Assembly (NCBI GenBank): GCA_039194325.1
Contig: JBCCWC010000008.1
Span: forward strand, 76,019-140,018
Direction: 5' to 3'
Source of the DNA: Myxococcota bacterium
Lineage (GTDB): Bacteria > Myxococcota_A > Polyangia > Nannocystales > Nannocystaceae
Length of the DNA stretch: 64,000 nt
The position numbers and the translations under genes were made by a program. The stretch's first letter is position 1, and the number at the start of each line of letters is the position of its first letter. Below, in pieces: positions 1-9,154 of this stretch. The notes below the pieces were generated by a model, which did not search any database, was not told the origin of the DNA, and saw nothing but the letters and a program-made list of their open reading frames with translations.

Positions 1-1058
1 CCGACAAGCTGCCGCTGCTCAAGCGGGCCTTCTCGCTGCTGGCCGACAACCTCCGCCCCAAGGACAAGGTCTCCATCGTGGTCTATGCCGGAGCCTCGGG
101 CGTGGTGCTGCCGCCCACCTCGGGCACCGACAAGGGGGAGATCCTGGCCGCGCTCGACCGGCTCGAGGCCGGAGGCTCCACCAACGGCGGCGCGGGGATC
201 CACTCCGCCTACGCCATGGCTCAAAAGGGCTTCATCCAGGGAGGCATCAACCGGGTGATCCTGGCCACCGACGGCGACTTCAACGTGGGCACCACCTCCG
301 AGGGGGATCTGGTCCGGCTGATCGAGGACAAGCGCAAGTCGGGGGTGTTCTTGTCGGTGCTCGGCTTCGGCAGCGGCAACCTCAAAGACTCCACCATGGA
401 GAAGCTGGCCGACAAGGGCAACGGCAACTATGCCTACATCGACAGCATCGCCGAGGCCCGCAAGGTCTTGGTGGAGGAGGCGGGGGCCACCCTGGTCACC
501 ATCGCCAAGGACGTGAAGATCCAGGTGGAGTTCAACCCGGCCGAGGTGGCGAGCTTCCGCCTCGTCGGCTACGAGAACCGCAAGCTCGCCCACTCGGACT
601 TCAACGACGACACCAAGGACGCAGGCGAGATCGGAGCGGGCCACAGCGTGACTGCGCTCTACGAGGTGGTGCCGGTGGGCGCTCCCGGGGCCCCCAAGGT
701 CGACGCGCTCAAGTACCAAGGGCGATCCAAGCTGTCGGCCGCGGCCAGCAGCGGCGAGCTGATGACCGTGAAGATCCGCTACAAGGAACCGGAGGGCAGC
801 ACGAGCCGACTGCTGAGCTTCCCGATCGACGATGCGGATCGCTCGCTGGCCGACACCAGCCGCGACTTCCGGTTCTCGGCCGCCGTGGCCGGCTTCGGGA
901 TGCTGCTGCGTGGCTCCGCCCACAAGGGGGACGCGACATGGACGAGCATCCGCGCCCTGGCCGAGCAGGCCAAGGGATCGGATCCCCACGGTCGCCGCGA
1001 CGAGTTGGTCCGCCTGATCGACAAGGCCACGTCGCTCTCGGGCCGCAGCGAGCGCTAG
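1..1058 (+). CDS. VWA-domain protein with C-terminal DUF3520/YfbK region (5' end truncated by window edge)
   Basis: Motifs GGSTNGGAGI, NRVILATDGDFNVG, YRLxGYENR-like and DAGEIGAGHSVTALYE are typical of YfbK-type VWA proteins; the frame is open from the window start. Confidence 0.9.
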   Translation, partial: DKLPLLKRAFSLLADNLRPKDKVSIVVYAGASGVVLPPTSGTDKGEILAALDRLEAGGSTNGGAGIHSAYAMAQKGFIQGGINRVILATDGDFNVGTTSEGDLVRLIEDKRKSGVFLSVLGFGSGNLKDSTMEKLADKGNGNYAYIDSIAEARKVLVEEAGATLVTIAKDVKIQVEFNPAEVASFRLVGYENRKLAHSDFNDDTKDAGEIGAGHSVTALYEVVPVGAPGAPKVDALKYQGRSKLSAAASSGELMTVKIRYKEPEGSTSRLLSFPIDDADRSLADTSRDFRFSAAVAGFGMLLRGSAHKGDATWTSIRALAEQAKGSDPHGRRDELVRLIDKATSLSGRSER

Positions 1059-1157
1059 CGCTGAGCGAGGCGCCACACACGAGACTTCATGAGGTCCGGT
1101 GCCTGCCTACGGGAGGGCAGGCTGGTCCGAGCGGCCCCACCGAGGGCCGCATCGCTG

Positions 1158-1187
1158 GCCCCCGCGCGAGAGCGCGGGGGCATTTTT
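1158..1187 (+). terminator. Rho-independent terminator
   Basis: 10-bp stem GCCCCCGCGC/GCGCGGGGGC with a GAGA tetraloop, followed by ATTTTT. Confidence 0.8.
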
Positions 1188-1204
1188 GTCGTAGGGCGCA
1201 CGCC

Positions 1205-1459
1205 CTACGGCCAGCGGCGATCGGCCAATAAGCGGCGGATCAAGGACTGGAGCGCGGCGACATCGAGCGACTTGATCCAGATCCGTCGCGGCTCGGTGAT
1301 CATGATCCCGAGCTGATTACAGACGAGCTCGATGGCCTGCCTCAGGCCCTCTCGTTGGCCCTGTTTGCGGCCCTCCTCGCGGCTGGCGATCTCGGCAAGC
1401 TTGGGTTTGTTGGGCCGGCCGAGCCCAGAGGACGAGCCGGAGTCCGGCGGTGCGAGCAT
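1205..1459 (-). CDS. Small protein resembling the C-terminal tail of Rpn/PD-(D/E)XK-type proteins; stand-alone gene or remnant
   Basis: EEGRKQGQREGLRQAIELVCNQLGI...LDVAALQSL...RRWP has the E-G-x-x-x-G repeat plus helical tail pattern; start codon uncertain. Confidence 0.5.
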   Translation of the reverse strand: MLAPPDSGSSSGLGRPNKPKLAEIASREEGRKQGQREGLRQAIELVCNQLGIMITEPRRIWIKSLDVAALQSLIRRLLADRRWP

Positions 1460-1512
1460 TCGATGGCCGCGAGGAGGCTTGGCGTTCACGGTCGCGCAAT
1501 CATAGCGCATGC

Positions 1513-2448
1513 TCATCGCCCTCGACGCCGCCGGCCGGGGGGCCCCTTGGTCGGCCGGGCCCGTAGGTGCTCTTCGAGGAAATCGGCGAAGGCCCGGACC
1601 TTGAGCGGCAGGTAGCTGCGCGAGGGATAGAGCAACCAGATCGCGGGCTGGAAATCGGTGGCGGTGACCTCGTAGGTGGTCAGCAACTCGACGAGCTCGC
1701 CTCGGTCGATCTCCTCGGCCACCGCCCATCGGGGCAGCAGCGCCACACCGAGCCCCTGCACGGCACACCGCTGGATCGCCAACGCATGATTGAGCACGCA
1801 GCGCCCCCGCACCTGGACCTCGACGATCTCCTCCCGGCGACGAAACCGCCACTGGGAGCGCAGGCCGCCCATCGAAAAGAGCAGGCACTCGTGTCCCTGC
1901 AGATCGACGGGACGCCGCGGGCGACCGTGTCGCTGCAGATAGCGGGGCGCCGCGCACACGGCGAAGTCGAAGCCGTCGAGCCGCCGCGCGACCAGATCGG
2001 AGTCGGACAGGCGACCCAGGCGCAGCGCCACGTCGACCCGCTCGGCGACCAGATCGACCATGGCGTCGGTGAGCACCAGCTCTACGTGGAGCTGGGGGTG
2101 ACGCTCGAGCAGCGCCGGCAAAAGGGGCAGCAGCACGCGCTGGGCGAAGCTCATCGGTGCGGTCGCCCGCAGCGTCCCGCGGGGCGCCTCCCCCACATCG
2201 ACCGCCTGCTGGTGGGCGCGCGACAGCTCGTCCACCAAGGGCTCGACCCGCTCGTAGTAGAGGCTCCCGGCCTCGGTCGGCGCCAGGCGCCGGGTGGTGC
2301 GCTGGAACAGCCGCAGGCCGAGCTCCGCCTCGAGGCCCGCGATCGCCCGCGAGATGGAGGACGGGGCCACGTCGCGGTCGCGGGCCACGGCCGCGAAGCT
2401 CCCCCGCCGCATTACGTCGATGAAGGTCCCCAGGGTCTCGATGTCCAC
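1513..2448 (-). CDS. LysR family transcriptional regulator
   Basis: N-terminal HTH (GSFAAVAR...PSSISRAIAGLEAELGLRLFQRTTRRLAPTEAG) and CrgA-like substrate domain; GTG start chosen at 2448. Confidence 0.95.
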   Translation of the reverse strand: MDIETLGTFIDVMRRGSFAAVARDRDVAPSSISRAIAGLEAELGLRLFQRTTRRLAPTEAGSLYYERVEPLVDELSRAHQQAVDVGEAPRGTLRATAPMSFAQRVLLPLLPALLERHPQLHVELVLTDAMVDLVAERVDVALRLGRLSDSDLVARRLDGFDFAVCAAPRYLQRHGRPRRPVDLQGHECLLFSMGGLRSQWRFRRREEIVEVQVRGRCVLNHALAIQRCAVQGLGVALLPRWAVAEEIDRGELVELLTTYEVTATDFQPAIWLLYPSRSYLPLKVRAFADFLEEHLRARPTKGPPGRRRRGR

Positions 2449-2461
2449 GAGAAGCACGATA

Positions 2462-2495
2462 CGTGCGTTTTTCGCACGAATCAATTGCGATTGAT
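2462..2495. promoter_or_regulatory. Putative LysR binding sites in the divergent promoter
   Basis: Inverted repeat CGTGCG-N5-CGCACG (2462-2478) contains T-N11-A; a second inverted repeat ATCAAT-N4-ATTGAT lies at 2480-2495. Confidence 0.6.
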
Positions 2496-2556
2496 GCGGT
2501 TTCGACATCAAGCGGAGTCCCTTAGGTTGCTAGAGAGGACGACGCAAAGGACCACA

Positions 2557-2592
2557 GACCATGCACGAGACCATGCACGAGACCATGCACGA
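2557..2592 (+). repeat. 12-bp tandem repeat x3 (GACCATGCACGA) giving three in-frame ATGs
   Basis: Exact triplication; translates MHET-MHET-MHE. Confidence 0.9.
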
Positions 2593-3448
2593 GATCGCAA
2601 TCATCGGACTGGGAGCGATGGGCTCCCGCATGGCCCAACGACTGCGAGCGGCGGAGCACCCGGTGGTGGTGTGCAGCCGGCGACGCGAGTCGGCCAAGGC
2701 GCTCGAGTCGGCGGGGGCCACCTGGGTGCACACACCTCGGGAGGCTGCCCGGCGGGCCTCGATCGTGATCTCGATGGTCACCGACGACGAGGCGTCGCGC
2801 GCGGTCTGGCTGGACGAGGCCAACGGGGCGCTGGCCGGCCTGCGCAAGGGGTCGATCGCGGTCGAGTCCAGCACGCTGACCTCGGGCCACGTGCGGACGC
2901 TGGCCAACGCGGTGTCCGAGCGGGGCGCGGCCTTCGTGGAGGCGCCAGTGATCGGCTCGCGTCCCCAGGCCGAGGCGGGCCAGCTGATCTACTTGGTGGG
3001 CGGCGAGCCCGAGGTCGTCGAGCGCGTCGAGCCGGTGCTGCGGGCGATGGGGGCCACGCTGCACCGCACCGGGCCAGTGGGGAGCGCGATGGCCATCAAG
3101 CTGGCGGTCAACACCCTGTTCGCGGCCCAGATCGCGGCGTGGGCAGAGGTCATCGGGGTGCTGGACCGCGCGGGGATCGAGGCGGCGGCGGCGGCCGAGC
3201 TGCTGGCCAACACCCCGGTGGCCAGTCCGGCGCTCCGCGGGGCGGCACCCACGATCGTGGCCCGACGCTTCGCGCCGATGTTTCCGATCGATCTAGTCCA
3301 CAAGGATCTGCGCTACTTCGTGCAAGCCGCCGCCGAGGTCGGCGCCCGGGTGCCCAACACCACCACGCTCCGCGAGTCCTACGCCCAGGCCCAGCGCGAG
3401 GGCTACGGGGGCGAGAACATCACGGGCGTCGCTCGAGTGCTCGGCTAG
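2561..3448 (+). CDS. NAD(P)-dependent oxidoreductase, 3-hydroxyisobutyrate dehydrogenase family
   Basis: IIGLGAMGSRMA Rossmann motif, EAPVIGS, catalytic KLAVN, KDL motif. Confidence 0.92.
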   Translation: MHETMHETMHEIAIIGLGAMGSRMAQRLRAAEHPVVVCSRRRESAKALESAGATWVHTPREAARRASIVISMVTDDEASRAVWLDEANGALAGLRKGSIAVESSTLTSGHVRTLANAVSERGAAFVEAPVIGSRPQAEAGQLIYLVGGEPEVVERVEPVLRAMGATLHRTGPVGSAMAIKLAVNTLFAAQIAAWAEVIGVLDRAGIEAAAAAELLANTPVASPALRGAAPTIVARRFAPMFPIDLVHKDLRYFVQAAAEVGARVPNTTTLRESYAQAQREGYGGENITGVARVLG

Positions 3449-3528
3449 CGGGCGGCAGGCCCGGACCGGCTCATGCATGGTCGCCCATACGGCGAGGGCG
3501 CTCTACCAGCGTGATAGTCTGCGGCTCG

Positions 3529-4656
3529 ATGGCCAGGGGGAGCAACGCGACCAAGCGCTATATGCGACCACCGCCTCAGTACGTGCACGGCTGGTTCTCG
3601 CCGCTCCGCTCGTGCGAGGTGGTCGCGGGCAAGATCACCAACTTCACCTTCATGGGCCACGAGCTCATCGCCTTCCGCGACCCAGCGGGCCAAGTGGCGG
3701 TGCTCGATGCTCAGTGCCCCCACTTCGGCGCCCCCCGTGGGGTGGGCGGCCGCGTGGTGGAGGGGTGCGTACGCTGCCCGTTCCACGGGCTGCACTTCGA
3801 CCACAACGGGCAGTGCGTCAAGGGGGACTTCGTGGCGAACCCCCGCCACCTGCGGCACGTCAAGTCGACCCCCTGGACAGTGCGCGAGGTGGCATCGTCG
3901 ATCTTCATCTGGCACGGGCTGGACCGGCAGCGCCCCGACCAACCGCTGCGCTTCGCCGAGCCGGGGTTCTTCGACGGCTGGAGCCCCCCGGTGACCAACG
4001 CCGGCCGGCGCCTGGCACCGACCAACATCTTCTTTCCCACCGAGAACATCATCGACATCCAGCACTTCTATGCGGTGCACTTTTGGTCGCTGCTGTCGAT
4101 CGAGCAGCACCCAGCCGAAGTGGAGGACGGCAGCTTTGTCGCGGTGATGCGCATGCGGTGGACGGCAGGCGCCCAGAGCCCCCACGCGCTCATCCGCCGC
4201 CTGGGGCAGATCTACACGAGCGACTTTCACTTCGACATCCGGATCCTGGGGCCGGGCATGGCGCTGTCGATCTCCACGCTGACCCCCGAGCAGGGCAGCC
4301 TGGAGCTGATGAACATCATCTTGATCACGCCGGTCAACCCCACCGACTGCCACATTCGGGTGGTGAGCTCGGTCCGGCAGACGGTCGACAAGCCGGTCAA
4401 TCGCTGGGCTCGACGCATGCTGGGGTTCGGCCTCGAAGAGGTGCTCTCGCGGGTGTTCTTGGCGATCGCGACCAAAGACTTCGACGGCGACGAGATGATC
4501 TGGACCCACCGCCGGTTCTTGGCCAACCCCAAGCCGCTCCCCGACGACGGACCGCTCATCGCCTACCGCAAGTGGTGCGAACGCTTCTGGCCGCCCGACT
4601 ACCTGCCCGATCCGCCGGCGCCGTCGCGTCAGGCGCCGCAGCCCGCGAAGGTCTAG
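3529..4656 (+). CDS. Rieske non-heme iron oxygenase alpha subunit (KshA-like)
   Basis: CPH...CPFHG Rieske ligands; ENIIDIQHFYAVH mononuclear iron motif; C-terminal DxxIW. Confidence 0.85.
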   Translation: MARGSNATKRYMRPPPQYVHGWFSPLRSCEVVAGKITNFTFMGHELIAFRDPAGQVAVLDAQCPHFGAPRGVGGRVVEGCVRCPFHGLHFDHNGQCVKGDFVANPRHLRHVKSTPWTVREVASSIFIWHGLDRQRPDQPLRFAEPGFFDGWSPPVTNAGRRLAPTNIFFPTENIIDIQHFYAVHFWSLLSIEQHPAEVEDGSFVAVMRMRWTAGAQSPHALIRRLGQIYTSDFHFDIRILGPGMALSISTLTPEQGSLELMNIILITPVNPTDCHIRVVSSVRQTVDKPVNRWARRMLGFGLEEVLSRVFLAIATKDFDGDEMIWTHRRFLANPKPLPDDGPLIAYRKWCERFWPPDYLPDPPAPSRQAPQPAKV

Positions 4657-4720
4657 CCGCCCCCAGATAGGGCCACAACGCGGATCTCATTCATCGTCGA
4701 GCCAGGGGCTCCAACGGGGC

Positions 4721-5185
4721 TCAGGGCTGCCAAAGTCCGTGCTCCACACCGCCCTGGATCACGATTGCGAACCAGCCGTGCTTGCCCTGCTGGGTTGGAG
4801 GATAGGCGATCGTGGCCCCGCGTTCCTCGGCCGCCTTGGCAGCCGCGTGGATGTCTTCGACCGTCACGTACGCCCGCACCACGGGCTTTTCGTGGTCGGC
4901 CAGCGGTGCCCGGATCCCCACGAGGGTACCGTCGGTTTTCTTGGCGACCCGAGCCTGCCCCAGGTCGGGCTCGACTGGCCCAAAGGTCAGCCCATGCATG
5001 CGCTCGTACAGGGCGCACGCCGAATCGACGTCTTGTGTCACGATCTCGAGATACCCAACCGTCACTTCGTCCTCCTGCGGTGTGCGGTCGCCCGCTGCTT
5101 GCGGTGCGGTCGCGGCTCCGCAGCCCATGGTCGAGCCCAATGCACTCACCAAGACGAACGCGCCAAGCACTGCAACTCGCACCAT
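4721..5185 (-). CDS. VOC/glyoxalase family protein with N-terminal signal peptide (possible lipoprotein)
   Basis: YLEIVT...YVTVEDIHAA...GATIAYPP...GWFA...GLWQ; hydrophobic N-terminus ending in MGC. Confidence 0.75.
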   Translation of the reverse strand: MVRVAVLGAFVLVSALGSTMGCGAATAPQAAGDRTPQEDEVTVGYLEIVTQDVDSACALYERMHGLTFGPVEPDLGQARVAKKTDGTLVGIRAPLADHEKPVVRAYVTVEDIHAAAKAAEERGATIAYPPTQQGKHGWFAIVIQGGVEHGLWQP

Positions 5186-5269
5186 GGATCGCCGGGCACT
5201 TTACTACGTCCGATGCCGACGACAAAAGGCCCGCTTGCACCGTGCTGGTGGAATAACGCGTCCCAGCGG

Positions 5270-6532
5270 TCAGCGATCGTCGGGGCCCAGACAAGCGCGC
5301 TGGCGCCATGCGGGTGCATCGATTTGGAACAGCGGGGCCTGAGGGTCCCGTAAAGCGGACTCCAGGGCGGCTGCCCGGCGCTGGTGCTGGTATCCTTGCG
5401 CGAGCACCTCGGGTAGGCACGAGGGGCCTATGGGACGGCCCACCAAGTAGCGTTGGCCGTGGGTGAAGCGCTCGGCGTGCTTCGACCACCAGTCCCGCAC
5501 TCGCTCGACGTCGGGCCACTCAAGATCTTCGTGTGCTGGCAACTCGACCTCTTCGTCATCGGGATCGTCGGTTGGGCCGGACTCGGCCCCGGCCGGGCTA
5601 TTGCCCACGAGGCCGTCGCGATCGTGGTCGGCTCCGGTGATCATGCAAAATGCCATGAAGGCGGCTTTGCCCTGTTCGGGATCTTCCATGTCCTGCATGA
5701 GCTGCGGGACGGCCCGCGGATCGCCGACTGCCGCCGTGGCGACGTGGCGCGCGGAGGGCTCGGTGAAGCGCTCGACGAGCGCGTGGGGCGGGGGGCCGGA
5801 GCGGGGGGCATTCAAGTTCGCCCGGACGGCGAAGTCGACCCACGCGTCCTCGGCCAGCTCGTCGTGCCGCAGCAACAGCTCGAGCAGCCGCCTCTCAGCG
5901 CCCGGAAGGCCCAAGAGCACCGCGGCGGCCAGGCTCAGACGCGTGATGACGTCGTTGCGCTCGGCGGTGGCTTGGCACAGGTGGACGACCTGGGGCTTAT
6001 AGTCATGGCGCCGAAATGCGCCCACCGAGCATAGGGCCGGGCCGAGCAGCAACGGGTCGGACGAGGGAAACACGCGCTGGTACGCGAGCTCGTAGACTCG
6101 CCCGTGGCCACTGGCCGCGACCAGCCCCGCGCCGACGAGCGCCGGCTCGTCTCGGCGCAACAGAGCCTCAATAACGGGCTGGATCTGGGTCCACGGTCGC
6201 CACGTCGCCATACCGCCGATCCCATCGCGGACCACCTCGGCATCCATCCCGCTCTCGAGTAGCTCCAACGATGCGGCGATCGGGTCGTCGTGTACGAAGC
6301 CGAACGAAAAGGCGTCCTCGGCGTACTCGAAGCTCAGCTCATCCCTGGCCAGCGGTAGGGCGGCACAGCCGGCCGCGAGCAGGCCGTCGACGTGCGCGTC
6401 GACCCGCTCGTCGAGCTGCTCGAGATCTCCCAGGTCGTAGTTTCGCGACCGCGCGGCCTGGCACCGTCGAGCCCACAGGTATCCCGCCTGCTCGATGTGC
6501 TGCGAGACAACCGATGGGATGATCTGTGCCAT
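5270..6532 (-). CDS. TIGR02270 family HEAT-repeat protein (T6SS effector-cassette associated)
   Basis: IIPSVVSQHIEQAGYLW...LDERVDAHVDGL N-terminus; RYLVGRP...YQHQRRAAALE C-terminus; cassette context. Confidence 0.85.
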   Translation of the reverse strand: MAQIIPSVVSQHIEQAGYLWARRCQAARSRNYDLGDLEQLDERVDAHVDGLLAAGCAALPLARDELSFEYAEDAFSFGFVHDDPIAASLELLESGMDAEVVRDGIGGMATWRPWTQIQPVIEALLRRDEPALVGAGLVAASGHGRVYELAYQRVFPSSDPLLLGPALCSVGAFRRHDYKPQVVHLCQATAERNDVITRLSLAAAVLLGLPGAERRLLELLLRHDELAEDAWVDFAVRANLNAPRSGPPPHALVERFTEPSARHVATAAVGDPRAVPQLMQDMEDPEQGKAAFMAFCMITGADHDRDGLVGNSPAGAESGPTDDPDDEEVELPAHEDLEWPDVERVRDWWSKHAERFTHGQRYLVGRPIGPSCLPEVLAQGYQHQRRAAALESALRDPQAPLFQIDAPAWRQRACLGPDDR

Positions 6533-7260
6533 CAGGCCGCTCCCAGCAACAACCGCTGCAACCTTTCCCAGGCCGGGTAGGGATCGGACTCGCCCGAATC
6601 GTAGTCGAGCACTTTGGCCGGCAGCAGCTCCTGAGCGCCGGGCAGGGGGCGGCCGCGGACCTCGCGCTCTACCTCTTTGGCCAAGATGTGATCGAAGTGT
6701 TCCTCGCTGAGATAGCGCCGTGCCTGCAGACGCCCGATCCGGCTGGAGTAGTCGTTGCCATAGGTGATGTAGTCCTCGCTCAGCACCACCTCACGCGCCA
6801 GCAGCTCCCCCGACACGAGCACGTTCTTTGCCGATAGCCGACCACCGACGCCCACCATGGAGTAGTATGCCCGATCTTCGACAAGGTTGCCCGTGATCTC
6901 CAGATCACCCGTAACGACGACGATGGCATTGTCCGGCAGCCGTAGATTTCCAGCGACGCGGACATTACCGGCCAAGTAGCGCACCTCTTCGTCCTCCAGC
7001 GGGTCTCCGAACTCGCACGCTCGTTGGGCGGGCCAGGCCCTCGCGACGAGCCAAAGAGCGCCATAGCGATACGCCTCGCTCATACCCTGCAAGGTCTCGC
7101 CAAACAGGTCTTCGGGATCTCCCGATGATCCGCCGAGGTAGCCATGCAGCACCTCGATCTCAGCGCCAGAAAAGAGCGGATCGCGCTCGAGCTCTTGGCC
7201 CTGGGAGTCCATCACCGCGAGCAGGGCCGACATGTCCAGCGGCTCAGTCATCGTCGACAT
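6532..7260 (-). CDS. Hypothetical protein with bactofilin-like beta-helix repeats; candidate second immunity protein
   Basis: GNVRVAGNL/VTGDLEITGNL/VGGRLSAKNV repeats; overlaps both neighbours within the toxin cassette. Confidence 0.55.
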   Translation of the reverse strand: MSTMTEPLDMSALLAVMDSQGQELERDPLFSGAEIEVLHGYLGGSSGDPEDLFGETLQGMSEAYRYGALWLVARAWPAQRACEFGDPLEDEEVRYLAGNVRVAGNLRLPDNAIVVVTGDLEITGNLVEDRAYYSMVGVGGRLSAKNVLVSGELLAREVVLSEDYITYGNDYSSRIGRLQARRYLSEEHFDHILAKEVEREVRGRPLPGAQELLPAKVLDYDSGESDPYPAWERLQRLLLGAA

Positions 7261-8185
7261 CTCGCTCCCCTTGGCTCGAGGGGAAGGAGATAACCTCCCA
7301 ATTCTTGGAGTCGAACCGGTAGACGGTGGGTGTCATGGTCGTGATCCATAGCTCTTGCTCGCTGGCCGACATTTTGTAGTAGGTTCTCGGGCACTCTGCG
7401 TCGATCTCGGGCTCGACGGGCATCAGCTGGTCTTGATCGAGACGCCACAGCCCCCCGCTGGAGCACACGTAAAGAGCTCCCGCAAACCATGCCATGGAGT
7501 AGAGCAGCTCCTCGGACTGCTCCAGCCCCAGGTATTGCCACCCAGCGCGCCGATTGCCACGAAAGAGGTTGCCGTTGGCGCCGCAGAGGTAGACTTCATC
7601 GCGTGAGCGGCACATCACCCGATAGAGCACGGTGTCGGTGGGTGGCTCGAGCAGCGCCCAGCGCCGACCGTCGAAGTGAGCGATGGCCCCGTTCCAGCCA
7701 ACGCAGTAGACGTCGTCGAAGGCGCTACCGTCGATGTCGCAGAAGCTGCGCTCGACGAGCCCCTCGGGCGAGTCTTGGAAGATCCCTTGGTCGTAGTGCT
7801 GCCACCCCTTGTCGGTACGCACAAACACCGAGTGCTGGCCTCCACAGGCGAGCAGGCGCCCTCCCAGGCGGCGCATGGAGTGGACGAAGCCATTGAACGC
7901 GATGGGAAGGTCTTCGTCGGCCAGCCCCGAGTCGTCGAAACGCCACGCGGTGCCGTAGCGATCGAGGATCCAGACCGCCCGCTGGGGGTGGGTTTCGAAG
8001 CGCAGGCAGTGCGCAATGCCGGGGAGGTCATCGATGATGTACCACTCTCCGTTGTCGTACTTGAGGGCCCGCGTGACCTTCTCGTCAGTCTGATCGAGCA
8101 CGTAGAAATGGGCGGTCAAGAACGCCACCCCGGGCTCGGCCGCCGCGACCTCGGCGAAGTAGAAGGGGGACTCGAGCGTCTCCAT
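7244..8185 (-). CDS. Beta-propeller protein; candidate cognate immunity protein (Tsi7-like position)
   Basis: Repeated blades (DDVYCVGWNGAIAHFDGRRW, DEVYLCGANGNLFRG); lies directly downstream of the toxin gene. Confidence 0.7.
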   Translation of the reverse strand: METLESPFYFAEVAAAEPGVAFLTAHFYVLDQTDEKVTRALKYDNGEWYIIDDLPGIAHCLRFETHPQRAVWILDRYGTAWRFDDSGLADEDLPIAFNGFVHSMRRLGGRLLACGGQHSVFVRTDKGWQHYDQGIFQDSPEGLVERSFCDIDGSAFDDVYCVGWNGAIAHFDGRRWALLEPPTDTVLYRVMCRSRDEVYLCGANGNLFRGNRRAGWQYLGLEQSEELLYSMAWFAGALYVCSSGGLWRLDQDQLMPVEPEIDAECPRTYYKMSASEQELWITTMTPTVYRFDSKNWEVISFPSSQGERDVDDD

Positions 8186-8194
8186 GGGACGGCC

Positions 8195-9154
8195 TCAGGG
8201 GGCGGAGAGCGTCTTGAGCAGCTTGGAGGTGGAGATCGAAGCGTTGTCGATCATCTGCTTGGCCGAGTCGGATACGCGCTTGCCACGGTAGCCGGAGGTC
8301 CGCAATGCATCGCTATCCTTCACGCCAACGTCGTCCTGCTTGTAGTAGTTGTCGAGCTGGTGTTCGACGCACTTGCGCTCCTTTTTGGTGAGGGGCTTGC
8401 CCCCATTGACCCCCTTGCCAGAGTTGGCCGCGACCTTGCGAGCGTCGGCGTAGGTCATGGTCTTGCCGCGCTTGTGGCATGCTGCCTCGAAGGGATCGAA
8501 GACCTCGTGGCAGCTGGCGTGCGTGCCCATGTGCTGGCTACGACCGCTGGCCACGAAGGTGGGGGCCTTGCTGTGGCTGTAGCCCGATTGGTTCTTCATG
8601 CAGCGACCCGGGATCGCGTGGTGGCCAGTGTCGGGGCTGCTGACCTTGTTGTAAGGCTTCATGTTCAAGGCCGGATCGACCCCCTTGCAGGGACCATCGG
8701 CCGGGTTCCCGCTGGCGTCGAAGTTCATCGTCGACACAAAGGGCCACGGCACGCTGTCGTTGCGCGGGTACGACGCGCCGTTGGTCTGCATGAGATCGAG
8801 GTTGCGGCAGACTCCCTTGCCCTCGAACTTGACGTCCATCGACCACAAGGTGAAGTAGGCCTTCCCCTTGGTCTTGCTGTTCATCACCCCGCCGCCCTGG
8901 GTTCCCGCCTCGTCCCCCGTGCTGGTGGAGAGATACGAGCTGTCCTCGAGAGCGGCCGGCTTGCCGTCGACCAAGACGTCCTTGCTGCCCTTGGTCAGAT
9001 CACTGGCCATCGCCGTGTTGGGGTAGGGCACGGGTAGGGGCCCTGCCGGCGGTGGTGGTGGTGTCAGGCACACGTCGGGCATGGACGCGATGGCCTTGCC
9101 CGAGCTGGCCTGCGAGCAGATCGACTGCTTGTTGGCGAAGACCGTATCACCCAC
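8195..9154 (-). CDS. T6SS effector: DUF4150 PAAR-like domain fused to a Tox-GHH2-type nuclease
   Basis: PDVCLTPPPPPAGPLPVPYPN and STGDEAG (DUF4150); TGHHAIP...APT...SQHMGTHASCH (GHH2-type HNH motif). Confidence 0.85.
   Translation of the reverse strand: MGDTVFANKQSICSQASSGKAIASMPDVCLTPPPPPAGPLPVPYPNTAMASDLTKGSKDVLVDGKPAALEDSSYLSTSTGDEAGTQGGGVMNSKTKGKAYFTLWSMDVKFEGKGVCRNLDLMQTNGASYPRNDSVPWPFVSTMNFDASGNPADGPCKGVDPALNMKPYNKVSSPDTGHHAIPGRCMKNQSGYSHSKAPTFVASGRSQHMGTHASCHEVFDPFEAACHKRGKTMTYADARKVAANSGKGVNGGKPLTKKERKCVEHQLDNYYKQDDVGVKDSDALRTSGYRGKRVSDSAKQMIDNASISTSKLLKTLSAP

Noticed and set aside
1567..3528. N-terminal ~650 aa of the 1029-aa ORF 1567..4656
   Set aside because: It is a shadow frame over the LysR and dehydrogenase genes; only the Rieske part from 3529 is protein-like.
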